64,000 nt of DNA from Planctomycetota bacterium (GTDB taxonomy: Bacteria; Planctomycetota; B15-G4; JADJEK01), in the NCBI GenBank assembly GCA_044225365.1, contig JBGAIQ010000014.1, forward strand, positions 64,001-128,000, in the 5' to 3' direction. A model generated the notes under the pieces. It had not been told where the DNA came from and did not search any database. It worked only from the letters and a program-made list of their open reading frames with translations. Shown here piece by piece: positions 33,081 through 42,154 of this stretch (positions are counted from its first letter, which is position 1; each line of letters starts with the position of its first letter). The position numbers and the translations under genes are program-made.

Positions 33081-33425
33081 GGCGGCGGCTGCGATCCGTA
33101 TCCGCCAAAGTTGGCGGCGGCGGACGCGGTCCGTAACCGCCGCCAAAATTCCCAGGGTCGGCGGCGGCGGCTGCGATCCGTATCCGCCGGTTGCGGCGGC
33201 GGCGGCTGCGATCCGTATCCGCCGGTTGCGGCGGCGGCGGCTGCGATCCGTATCCGCCGCCAAAATTCCCAGGGTCGGCGGCGGCGGCTGCGATCCGTAT
33301 CCGCCGCCAAAATTCCCAGGGTCGGCGGCGGCGGCTGCGATCCGTATCCGCCGGTTGCGGCGGCGGCGGCGGCTGCGATCCGTATCCGCCGGTTGCGGCG
33401 GCGGCGGACGCGGTCCGTGACCGCC
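33081..33425 (+). repeat. Mosaic tandem array of nine REP-like palindromes
   Basis: Unit (GGC)nGG-CTGCGATCCGTATCCGCC, with two variant GACGCGGTCCGT units; linkers GGTTGC, AAAATTCCCAGGGTC and one AAAGTT. Confidence 0.85.
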
Positions 33426-33517
33426 GGGAGGAGATCGGAGGATTGCGATTCAGTCGGCGCGGTTGGATTCCGATGAAAGGGCACCTTGCCCAAGGTGCTC
33501 ACGCGTCGGAGTTGGCG

Positions 33518-34903
33518 ATGGCGATCGACTGGAATGCGGAGAACGCCGCACACCTGCTACGGCGAGCAGGTTTCGCGGCGCCGGAGAAGAGCGTTACGAA
33601 GGCCGTGAAGAAGGGGCTCGGAAAGACGATCCAGGGTCTCTTCAAGGTCGACAAATCGAGCGACCAATGGAAGGGGACGAAGCAGGAGCCCTTCCCGGGC
33701 GGGACGGGTGAGATCCAGGGCTTCTGGATGCGTCGCATGTTGCGCACGAGCAGCCCCCTCGTCGAGAAGCTGACGCTGTTCTGGCACAACCACTTCGCGA
33801 CGTCGGTGGCCAAGGTCGAGATGCCGTGGCTGATGTTCAAGCAGAACCGCACGCTGCGCAAGTATGGACTCGGTGAGTTCGGGACGCTCCTTCTCCAGAT
33901 GAGCAAGGACCCCGCGATGATCCTCTGGCTCGACAACGACACGAACACTGCGGCCGACCCCAACGAGAACTACGCCCGCGAGTTGATGGAGCTCTTCTCC
34001 ACCGGCGTGTACGACAAGGACGGCAATCCGAACTACACGGAGACCGACATCCAGGAGAGCGCGCGAGCCTTCACGGGCTGGAGCGTCGACGGTGACTGGC
34101 CGGACTACGTCTTCAACTTCGAGGATTGGAACCACGACTTCGACAGCAAGACGTTTCGCGGACAGACCGGCAACTTCGACGGCGGCGACATCGTTGCGAT
34201 GCTCGCGGCGGATCCCGCGACGGCGCGGCGCATCCCGCAGAAACTCTGGTCGTTCTTCGCGTACGACATCGCGCTCTCGGATCCGCTCCTCGATTCGTTC
34301 CAACAGCTCTACACCTCGACGAACGGCAACATCGCGGCGATCCTCGACGCCATCTTCCAGCACGACGAGTTCTACTCCGACACCGCGAAGAACGCGCACA
34401 TCAAGGGGCCGGTCGAGTTCTTCATCGGAACCCTCACGCTCCTCGACGCCGATCTCCCCGAGAAGAACGACGAATGGGACCAGGTGGGATCGATCACCGA
34501 GCCGCTCGGCCAGGAGATCTTCGCGCCGCCTTCCGTTTTCGGTTGGAAGGAAGGCCTCAACTGGGTCGAGACGCGTGGCCTCATGGAACGGTTGCGACTC
34601 GGAAGCCAGATCGCGACCTCGCGCGGCAAGGACGACCTCATCACCTACAAGCTCGACAAGTTCCTCGGCAAGAAGAAGGAATGGGTGAAGCTCGACGCGG
34701 CAGGCTGCGTCGACCGGGTGTTGTCCCTCCTTGGTCCTCTCGTCGTCGCATCGGCGACGCGTGACGCGCTCATCGCCTATCTCCTCGCCGATGAGAACGG
34801 CAATCCTGGAACCTTCGACCTGCACGATCCCGTGATCTTCGACCGCAAGGTTCGAGGTCTGCTGACGATCGTCCTCGCCCTGCCCGAATTCCAGCGGCAC
34901 TGA
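33518..34903 (+). CDS. DUF1800 domain protein
   Basis: AAHLLRRAGF, EKLTLFWHNHFATS, DPAM..WLD, PNENYARELMELF, ARAFTGW, PEFQ. Confidence 0.93.
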   Translation: MAIDWNAENAAHLLRRAGFAAPEKSVTKAVKKGLGKTIQGLFKVDKSSDQWKGTKQEPFPGGTGEIQGFWMRRMLRTSSPLVEKLTLFWHNHFATSVAKVEMPWLMFKQNRTLRKYGLGEFGTLLLQMSKDPAMILWLDNDTNTAADPNENYARELMELFSTGVYDKDGNPNYTETDIQESARAFTGWSVDGDWPDYVFNFEDWNHDFDSKTFRGQTGNFDGGDIVAMLAADPATARRIPQKLWSFFAYDIALSDPLLDSFQQLYTSTNGNIAAILDAIFQHDEFYSDTAKNAHIKGPVEFFIGTLTLLDADLPEKNDEWDQVGSITEPLGQEIFAPPSVFGWKEGLNWVETRGLMERLRLGSQIATSRGKDDLITYKLDKFLGKKKEWVKLDAAGCVDRVLSLLGPLVVASATRDALIAYLLADENGNPGTFDLHDPVIFDRKVRGLLTIVLALPEFQRH

Positions 34904-34934
34904 TCGAACCGACGAGCACGGAGCAACGACAACC

Positions 34935-36176
34935 ATGGTCCATTCACGACGCGATTTCCTGAAGCGCGGCATGTTCGTCATTCCCGTCGCCGCAACGATG
35001 CCGGGCGTCTTCGTCCGCGCGGCGTTCGGAGGCACCGGATCGTCGACGAAGAATCTCATCCTCCTCGAACTCGAGGGCGGCAACGACGGACTCAACCTCG
35101 TCGTGCCGTATGGCGTGAACGGCGGCGCCTACTACAGCGAGTTCCGCCCCACGATCGGCATCCCCGCGAACTCCGTCCTCCAGCTCAACGGCTCGATCGG
35201 ACTCAATCCTTCGTGCCTGAAACTGAAGCAACGCTACGACGCCGGCCAGGTCGCGATCGTCAACGGCGTCGGCTACCCGCAGCAGAACTTCTCGCACGAG
35301 ATCGCGCAGCAGATCTGGGCGAAGGGCGATCCCTCGCTGCTCTCACCGACCGGCTGGCTGGCGCGACTCCTCAATCAGTTCCCGGCCGCCTCCTTCCCGA
35401 ATTCGATGACCGCGGAGGATGGAACGGAACGGGCGTATCAGGGAATCAACGAGTTCTCACCGGCCTTCGGCTGGCTCGGCGCATTCGACTTCCCCTACGA
35501 CTACGATCACTGGGAGGATCAAGGGAACGTGCGCGCGGCGTACGAGGCCATCGTCACCGCGCAGACGCAGGCAGCGGGCTCGATCGGCACGATGAGCTCG
35601 ACTTCGAAGAGCCTGCTGCAGCTCATCGACACGATCAACGCGATGCCGAATCTGAATTACGCCGGAACCTACACCGACGACTACTTCGGCGATCGCCTCA
35701 AGATGATCGCGCGGTTGATGAATGCAAACCTCGGCCTGCATGTCTTCCACGTCACGCAATGGGGCTTCGACACCCACAGCGAGCAGGAGACGGACGCTTA
35801 TCACTCGACGCTGCTCGGCGACGTGTTCAACTCGGTCGACGCGCTGATGGTCGACCTCGCGGCGATGGGCAAGCTCCAGGACACGGTGATCGTCGTCTAT
35901 TCGGAGTTCGGCCGCACGGTGTACGAGAACGGCAGCGGCGGTACCGACCATGGCACGATCAACCCCGTGATCGTCGTCGGCGGCGGCGTGAACGGCGGCG
36001 TGAAGAACGCGCACGCACCGATGGACCCGAATCAACTCGACGAGAACGGCGAACTGCCGCGACAAGCGGACTTCCGCGACATCTTCGGCGAGATCGGCAG
36101 CAAACTGTTCGGAGTGACGAAGGCGTCGCTGTTCCCGGGCTACACCCCGGCGCAGACGTACGGCGTCCTGCCCTGA
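34935..36176 (+). CDS. DUF1501 domain protein (DUF1800 partner, Tat substrate)
   Basis: SRRDFLK, GGNDGLN, GFDTH, SEFGR, ENGSGGTDHG, DFR. Confidence 0.92.
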   Translation: MVHSRRDFLKRGMFVIPVAATMPGVFVRAAFGGTGSSTKNLILLELEGGNDGLNLVVPYGVNGGAYYSEFRPTIGIPANSVLQLNGSIGLNPSCLKLKQRYDAGQVAIVNGVGYPQQNFSHEIAQQIWAKGDPSLLSPTGWLARLLNQFPAASFPNSMTAEDGTERAYQGINEFSPAFGWLGAFDFPYDYDHWEDQGNVRAAYEAIVTAQTQAAGSIGTMSSTSKSLLQLIDTINAMPNLNYAGTYTDDYFGDRLKMIARLMNANLGLHVFHVTQWGFDTHSEQETDAYHSTLLGDVFNSVDALMVDLAAMGKLQDTVIVVYSEFGRTVYENGSGGTDHGTINPVIVVGGGVNGGVKNAHAPMDPNQLDENGELPRQADFRDIFGEIGSKLFGVTKASLFPGYTPAQTYGVLP

Positions 36177-36199
36177 CGGGGCGCGGCGAAAGGCGACCT

Positions 36200-36880
36200 T
36201 CAGGAAACCGTGTCGCCGTCGATGGAATCGTCGGAGTCGTCCCGGCTCTCGCGCTCCAAGTTCGCCTTCGCTCTCGCGGTGACCTCGGCGACGAAGAGTT
36301 CGACGCGCTCGAGCGGGATCTTGGTCTCGATCGAGATCTCGTCGAGCGATCGCCGATCGATCCACATCATCCAGCCGATGCGACGCGCTTCGAACGGCAT
36401 GTCGTTGACGATCGCGCAGATCTCCTGAAGCGCCTTCTCGCGCATGGTGCTGCCCTCGTGCGCCTTGAAGTAGAGGACATCGGCGTTCACCCGCGAGTAG
36501 TGGATCGAGCGCCCGACGGCATCCATCATCCACGTGATGAGCGGGCGGAGACGCCGTCCCGACACGAGGTCGTTGTAGAGCCGCGCCATCGCGTCCTCGG
36601 CGAGCGTCTCGGGATGCAGCATGTGACACTCGGACACGATGGCGTCGAGGACGAGACGATCCATCGTCGGCATCAAGAGGCTCCACATCGCACGCAGGAG
36701 CTTCGTGCCGTCGACGCCAGGGGCGTAATCGAAGAGGACTTCGGCGAGCGCTTCCGGATCGGACGCGGTCTTGCCATCGACGACGATCGGAGGCGTCAAC
36801 GAACGAAGCAGCTGGATCGCGGCTGCGGTCCCGCCGGGTTCGACGTGCTTTCGCTGAGTGCCGCGCTTCTCCTGCGGCAT
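36200..36880 (-). CDS. Divergent ECF-type sigma factor-like protein
   Basis: GGAG RBS; AED....L...TW region-2-like segment; MP...R.......SLDEIS....IP...V region-4-like segment. Confidence 0.55.
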   Translation of the reverse strand: MPQEKRGTQRKHVEPGGTAAAIQLLRSLTPPIVVDGKTASDPEALAEVLFDYAPGVDGTKLLRAMWSLLMPTMDRLVLDAIVSECHMLHPETLAEDAMARLYNDLVSGRRLRPLITWMMDAVGRSIHYSRVNADVLYFKAHEGSTMREKALQEICAIVNDMPFEARRIGWMMWIDRRSLDEISIETKIPLERVELFVAEVTARAKANLERESRDDSDDSIDGDTVS

Positions 36881-37034
36881 TCGTACGCTCCGTTTTCCTT
36901 GGAACTCACAACAACGCCCGCGCGGGGCGATCGACCCACTGCCTAGTTCGTGGACCAATCCTACCCGATATTTCGTCGAATCGTGTGGGGCGTCTGGAGT
37001 CGACCAACGACTCGATGCGTTTCTTCGGTCGACT

Positions 37035-38156
37035 TCAGCGCGCGAGGAATCGCGAGAGGCGCAGGATGCCCTCTCGGATCTGTTCCGGGCTCGCTCCGAA
37101 ACTGAGACGAGCGTAGGGTCGCCCCCGCTCGCCGAATCCGTGACCCGGGATGATCACGACCTTGCCCTCGTCGCGCAGACGCAGGCAGAACGCCATCGGA
37201 TCGGCGTGCGCGGAGTCCGGCAGTCGCATCCAGTGGTAGAACCCGCCATCGGGCGGATCGATGTTGCGATCCATCAATTCGCGCATCGCGGCCTTCAGCG
37301 CGTCGAAGCGGACTCGGATCTCCCGCCGCGAGTTCTCGAGGATCGAATCCGCATGTTCGAGCATCGCGATCGCGGCGCGCTGCGCGGGCCAGGCGGCGGC
37401 GGTCACATTGAACGAATGCACGATGCGCGCGGGTGCCACGAATCGCGGGTCGCCGCAGATCCACCCGACGCGCAGACCGGGCGCCGCAAATCCCTTCGAC
37501 AGCGACGAGATCACGACGCCGTACTCCGACGCATCGCGCAGACTCGGCACCATCGTCCCGAAGTGGAGTTCGCGATACACCTCGTCCGAAACGAGGAGCA
37601 CGTCGCGTTGGCGACAGGCCTCCGCGACCTTCTTCAGCTCGTCGAGCGTCGTCCCCGCGCCCGTCGGATTCGAGGGGTGATTGATGATGACCGCGCTCGT
37701 CCGTGGATTCGCGTCGAGCGCTTCGATCAAGAGATCGGCGCTCAGCCGGAAACGATCGTCCTCTCGCAAGCGGTAGGACGCGGGCGTCGCCTCAGCGAGC
37801 CGCGCGAGAGTGCGATACGCCACGAAACCCGGATCGGGAACGAGCACGGTGTCGCCGGGATTGACCCAGGCCTGGATCAACGAATAGAGGGCTTCTTGCG
37901 ATCCGTTCGTGACGACCGTGCCCTCGAACGGCACGCGATGGCGAGTCGCGATCAGCTTGCGCAGCTCGTCCACTCCAGCGTTCGGTCCATAGGGGCAGCG
38001 TGCCTCGGAGAGTGCGAGTGCGTTGCGCGCGAACTCGGGAAAAGGCCAGGTCGGTTCGCCGAGGCCGAACGGAATCGCATCCTTCGGAGCGCCGTCGCTC
38101 ACGATGCGGATGTGGGACTGGCCGATGTCACGGACGCGAGTTGCGGGAAGGCGCAT
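37035..38156 (-). CDS. Class I/II PLP aminotransferase, probable succinyl-diaminopimelate aminotransferase by context
   Basis: GEP, NGSQEAL, PSNPTG, SDEVY, SLSK...PGLRVGW; last gene of the dap operon. Confidence 0.8.
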   Translation of the reverse strand: MRLPATRVRDIGQSHIRIVSDGAPKDAIPFGLGEPTWPFPEFARNALALSEARCPYGPNAGVDELRKLIATRHRVPFEGTVVTNGSQEALYSLIQAWVNPGDTVLVPDPGFVAYRTLARLAEATPASYRLREDDRFRLSADLLIEALDANPRTSAVIINHPSNPTGAGTTLDELKKVAEACRQRDVLLVSDEVYRELHFGTMVPSLRDASEYGVVISSLSKGFAAPGLRVGWICGDPRFVAPARIVHSFNVTAAAWPAQRAAIAMLEHADSILENSRREIRVRFDALKAAMRELMDRNIDPPDGGFYHWMRLPDSAHADPMAFCLRLRDEGKVVIIPGHGFGERGRPYARLSFGASPEQIREGILRLSRFLAR

Positions 38157-38176
38157 GAGGATCTCCGAGTGTGGAT

Positions 38177-38995
38177 TCAGCGTAGCGCACCCTCGAGCGC
38201 AGTTGCAGCATCGGTCTTCTCGTCGCGGTACTTCACGATGCAGGGCGCCGCGAGCAGGAGACCATTCTGCTTCGCGTAGTCGCCCTTCGCAGGGCGCGCG
38301 CCCGGGACGACGACGGCGCCCTCCGGGACCTCGCGTACGAACTCGCGACCGTTCACGAGATCGTAGATCACGCTCGATCCCGTGAGGACGACGCCGCCCG
38401 CGAGCACGGCTCGACGCCGGACGATCACCCCCTCGAACACTCCAGAGAGTGCGCCGATGAAGGCGTCGTCCTCGACGATCACGGGCCGCGCACCGATCGG
38501 TTCGATGACGCCGCCGAGCTGTGCCGCGGCCGAGAGATGAACGCGCTTCCCGACCTGCGCGCAGCTCCCGACGAGCGCGTGGCTGTCGACCATCGAGCCC
38601 TCGTCGACGAACGAACCGACGTTGACGTAGGCGGGCGGCATCACGACGACGCCCTTTGCGAGGTACGCGCCACGCCGCACCGCACTGCCGCCCGGGACGA
38701 GCCTGACGCCATCGTCGAGCGTGAAGCGTCGCGGCGGATAGGCCGTCTTGTCGATCGCCGGGGCGCCAAAGCCCTCGACTGGAGCGAGGCCGGTTCGTTT
38801 GAAGCCGGCGAGGATCGCCGCCTTCACCCATGTGTTCGGGACCCACGAGCCATCGCTCTCACGGACCGCACTGCGCACGCGCCCGTGCTCCAGCGCATCG
38901 AGGAGCGCCTCGTGCATCGCCGCCGCTTTGGAATCGCCGACGACCGAATCGATCGGCCGCGAATAGAACTCTCGTAACGTCTCGACCTCGATCAT
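38177..38995 (-). CDS. dapD: Tetrahydrodipicolinate N-succinyltransferase
   Basis: W.KAAIL..F, VRLVP...VRRGAY, YVNVG..VD.G.MVD....GSCAQ.GK.VHLS, GGV.EP..ARPVIVED, KYRDEKT. Confidence 0.93.
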   Translation of the reverse strand: MIEVETLREFYSRPIDSVVGDSKAAAMHEALLDALEHGRVRSAVRESDGSWVPNTWVKAAILAGFKRTGLAPVEGFGAPAIDKTAYPPRRFTLDDGVRLVPGGSAVRRGAYLAKGVVVMPPAYVNVGSFVDEGSMVDSHALVGSCAQVGKRVHLSAAAQLGGVIEPIGARPVIVEDDAFIGALSGVFEGVIVRRRAVLAGGVVLTGSSVIYDLVNGREFVREVPEGAVVVPGARPAKGDYAKQNGLLLAAPCIVKYRDEKTDAATALEGALR

Positions 38996-39008
38996 CGGTC
39001 TCTCTTTG

Positions 39009-39102
39009 GGACCGCCGGGCTCCAGCCCGGCTCCGGATGGATGCTGTGCTGGATTAGGGTGTCGTGTCGCAAGAGAAGAGCCGGGCTGGAGCCCGGCGCT
39101 CC
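39009..39102. repeat. REPIN-like inverted pair of 25-bp palindromic elements
   Basis: GGACCGCCGGGCTCCAGCCCGGCTC (39009-39033) and, on the minus strand, GGAGCGCCGGGCTCCAGCCCGGCTC (39078-39102); one mismatch. Confidence 0.8.
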
Positions 39103-39120
39103 TTGAAGAAATCACTCGCG

Positions 39121-40017
39121 TCAATTCAACGTGCGCAGGATCTCGGCGAGGCGCTGCTTCGTCGTGGGCTCCGCGGGCGTGAGCGGCAGGCGGACCACAT
39201 CGGTGCAGATCCCGAGGATCTCGAGTGCAGCCTTCAACGGGATCGGATTGCTCTCGATGAAGAGTGCGTCCATGAGCGGCAGGAGGCGATGATGCATCGC
39301 GCGAGCACGCGCGACGTCGCCTTCGCGAGAGGCCGAGATCAGCTCCGTCATCTCCTTCGGCACGGCGTTGCCGATCACCGAGATCAGCCCGACTCCACCG
39401 AGCGCGATCGTCGCGAGCGCGAAGTTGTCGTCGCCCGAGAGCAGTTGCTTGCCCTTCGGCAGCGTGCGCGCGATCTCGCCGATCTGCGCGAGGTTGCCCG
39501 ACGACTCCTTCAGCGCCACGACGGCCGGGTTGTACCAGAGCTTCTCGAGCGTCTTCGGCAGGAGGTTCTGGCCCGTGCGACCGGGGACGTTGTACGCGAT
39601 GAGCGGGAGTTCTGGTGCAGCCTCGGCGATCGCCGCGAAGTGCGCGAGGATGCCGGCCGGCATCGGCTTGTTGTAGTAGGGAGTGACGACGAGAGCGCCC
39701 GCGGCGCCGAGATCGCGTGCACGGCGCGTCCAGATCGCGGCCTGCCGCGTCGAATTGTGACCCGTGCCGACGATCACGTTCGCCTTCTTCGTCCCGGCGC
39801 GCGCTTCGTCGAGACACGCGTTGATGAGCTGATCGCGCTCCACTTCGGTGATGGTCGCGGCCTCGCCGGTCGATCCGAGCACGACCACGTTCGACGCGCC
39901 GCCATCGACGACGTGGCGGATCAGCTTCCGGAACGAGACGAGATCGATGTCCTCGTTCTTCAAGAACGGCGTTGCGAGCGCGACGGTGAGTCCCGAGAAG
40001 TCGAAGCTACGAGTCAT
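39121..40017 (-). CDS. dapA: 4-hydroxy-tetrahydrodipicolinate synthase
   Basis: ALATPF, GSTGE, VTPYYNKP, YNVPGRTG, LKESSG, SGDD, ESNPIP.K. Confidence 0.95.
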   Translation of the reverse strand: MTRSFDFSGLTVALATPFLKNEDIDLVSFRKLIRHVVDGGASNVVVLGSTGEAATITEVERDQLINACLDEARAGTKKANVIVGTGHNSTRQAAIWTRRARDLGAAGALVVTPYYNKPMPAGILAHFAAIAEAAPELPLIAYNVPGRTGQNLLPKTLEKLWYNPAVVALKESSGNLAQIGEIARTLPKGKQLLSGDDNFALATIALGGVGLISVIGNAVPKEMTELISASREGDVARARAMHHRLLPLMDALFIESNPIPLKAALEILGICTDVVRLPLTPAEPTTKQRLAEILRTLN

Positions 40018-40766
40018 GATTCTTGTCCCTCGATGTTCTTGAACAGCGGAGCGATGCGATGGCGAGCGACGTCGTCCATCGTGAATACGCCCTTCTTGCC
40101 CTCGATGAAGCGTGCGGCCTCGAGCGCGCCTTCTGCGTACGGCCGCGCGCTGCGAGCATGGTGATGGATCTCGACGACCTCGCCGGGCGAATCGACGCCG
40201 ACGACGTGACTCGAATACGTGAATCCGGCGCGCACGGACGCCACCGACAACTGATGGGGAGCGACGGCACCGCCGATCGCGGGGATCGTCCATTCGGTCT
40301 TGCGCGGGCAACCCTGCTGCACGATCGCCGCGAGCTTCGCGGCCGTCCCCGACGGCGCGTCCTTCTTGCGAGCGTGATGATGCTCGATGATGTAGGGATC
40401 GCGGTCCTCGGCCTGCGCAGCGAAGCGCGCGAGCACGAGAGTGAACCGCGAATACAAAGCGACCGTGAGCGAGAAGTTCGGCGCCACGACGACGCCGATG
40501 CGATCGCCGACCCGATCCTTCAGATCCGGCAACGACCATCCCGTCGAGCCGATGAGCAGGTTCGCACGATGTTCGAGGGCCCAATCGACGCGCTGGGCCA
40601 CGACCGAACCGCTGCTCGCATCGATCGCGACGTCGACGCGTTGTTCGCTCGCTCCGCCCGGCGGTCCGTCACGGCCGACCTGCCAGGCGACGTTCACGCC
40701 CGCGCTTCGCATCACGTCGCCGATCGCGGAACCGAGGCGCCCGCGCCCGAAGATGCCGACTCTCAT
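40014..40766 (-). CDS. dapB: 4-hydroxy-tetrahydrodipicolinate reductase
   Basis: G.GRLG, GSTG, APNFS, EHHH..KKDAPSGTA. Confidence 0.92.
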   Translation of the reverse strand: MRVGIFGRGRLGSAIGDVMRSAGVNVAWQVGRDGPPGGASEQRVDVAIDASSGSVVAQRVDWALEHRANLLIGSTGWSLPDLKDRVGDRIGVVVAPNFSLTVALYSRFTLVLARFAAQAEDRDPYIIEHHHARKKDAPSGTAAKLAAIVQQGCPRKTEWTIPAIGGAVAPHQLSVASVRAGFTYSSHVVGVDSPGEVVEIHHHARSARPYAEGALEAARFIEGKKGVFTMDDVARHRIAPLFKNIEGQES

Positions 40767-42154
40767 GACCTGACCTCCGCAGTCTTGCGCTCATCCAGAT
40801 CGCGCTCGATGAGCGCGCGGTGCAGCCGTCGCACGACTTCCTTCTCGATCTTCTGCTCGACGACGAGACTGAGGTTGATCTCGTTCGCCCCCATCGAGAT
40901 GAGCTCGACGTTGAGGTCGGCGAGCGCTTCGAACACGCGAGCGCAGACGCCGGGCGTCTGCCGCAATCGCTCCCCTACGACCGATACGATCGATCGCGAG
41001 TCGCTGACCTTGAGCGTCGCGAACGACGAGATCTCGTCGGACAAAGCCGCGAGCGGCGCGTCCTGCTCGACCGTGAGCGAAACGCTCACCTCGGCCGTGG
41101 CGACGATGTCGACCGAAACGCGTCGGCGTGCGAACACGTCGAAGAGTCGCGACAGGAAGCCGCTCTGATTGAGCATGCGCGGCGAGGCGACGGTGAGCAC
41201 CGTGATCGGTCCGCGACTCGCGATCGCGGCGACGGGTCGCCCCGACGCCGCCTCCGCCGTGATCGTCGTGAAGCTGCCGTTCGGTCGCTGCGTGTGTCGC
41301 ACGGTGACCGGGATGCGTGCGTCGACCGCAGGTTGGATCGTCGCGGGATGGAGGACCTTCGCGCCGAACGCCGCGAGCTCACCCGCTTCGGCCGACGACA
41401 GCACGCGAATGGGCTGCGCCTCGGGCACGATGCGCGGATCCGCCGTCATCACGCCTTCGACATCGGTCCAGATCTGCACCTCGCTGGCATCGACCGCGGC
41501 GCCGAGCAGCGAAGCGGAGAAGTCGGAGCCGCCACGCCCGAGCGTCGTCGTCTCGCCGCTCTCGGTGGCGCCGATGTAGCCCTGCATGACGACGGCGCGC
41601 CCCGCGGCGAGGCGCGGCATCACCGCCACTCGCGCGCGCTCCTTGATCTTCTCCGGCTTGGGGGCCGCGGATCCAAACGCGTCATCCGTCACGACGACGG
41701 AGCGCGAATCGACCAAGTCGTTTGCGATGCCGTCGCTCTCGAGGAACCGCGAGAAGATGAGCGACGAGAACCGCTCGCCGAGGCTCACGACCGAATCGGT
41801 GAAACGGGCATCGAACGCGCGCTTCCTCGCGATGTTCTCGATGCCGGCATCGAGCTCCGCGATGAGCGCCTTCATTCCGCGATCGAGCGACTCGGGGATC
41901 TGGCCGCCGAAGAGCTCCGCGATGCACACTCGATGGCGCTCCTCGAGCCGCCTGCGAATGTCGGACACGGCTCCCGGATCGCCGGCACTCGCGACCCTCG
42001 TGATCGCGAACAACTCGTCGGTGACCTTCGCCATCGCGGATAGCACGACGACGGGAGAACGGGGCAACGCCTCGCGCACCACCGACGCGACCTGGCGCAT
42101 GCAGCCGGCGTCGCCGACCGAGGTGCCGCCGAACTTCATCACGAGCGCCTTCAC
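40763..42154 (-). CDS. lysC: Aspartate kinase with two ACT domains
   Basis: MKFGGTSV, TTLGRGGSD, WTDVEG..TADPR, FGAKVLHP, ACT repeats. Confidence 0.94.
   Translation of the reverse strand: MKALVMKFGGTSVGDAGCMRQVASVVREALPRSPVVVLSAMAKVTDELFAITRVASAGDPGAVSDIRRRLEERHRVCIAELFGGQIPESLDRGMKALIAELDAGIENIARKRAFDARFTDSVVSLGERFSSLIFSRFLESDGIANDLVDSRSVVVTDDAFGSAAPKPEKIKERARVAVMPRLAAGRAVVMQGYIGATESGETTTLGRGGSDFSASLLGAAVDASEVQIWTDVEGVMTADPRIVPEAQPIRVLSSAEAGELAAFGAKVLHPATIQPAVDARIPVTVRHTQRPNGSFTTITAEAASGRPVAAIASRGPITVLTVASPRMLNQSGFLSRLFDVFARRRVSVDIVATAEVSVSLTVEQDAPLAALSDEISSFATLKVSDSRSIVSVVGERLRQTPGVCARVFEALADLNVELISMGANEINLSLVVEQKIEKEVVRRLHRALIERDLDERKTAEVRS

Noticed and set aside
33081-33425. CRISPR array
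   Set aside because: The intervening sequences are only 6-15 bp and reused rather than unique, and no cas genes are in the window.
32975-33553. ORFs with GGGGCDPYPP / AAAAIRIRR repeats, including the N-terminal extension of DUF1800 and similar ORFs near 56078-56619
   Set aside because: These are translations of the stop-free DNA repeat in several frames. DUF1800 has its own RBS and ATG at 33518. A RiPP precursor was considered, but no modifying enzymes are nearby.
37035-40584. Apparent long N-terminal extensions or fusions of the aminotransferase, dapD and dapA in the ORF track
   Set aside because: The extensions overlap upstream genes in other frames; motif-supported starts are at 38156, 38995 and 40017.
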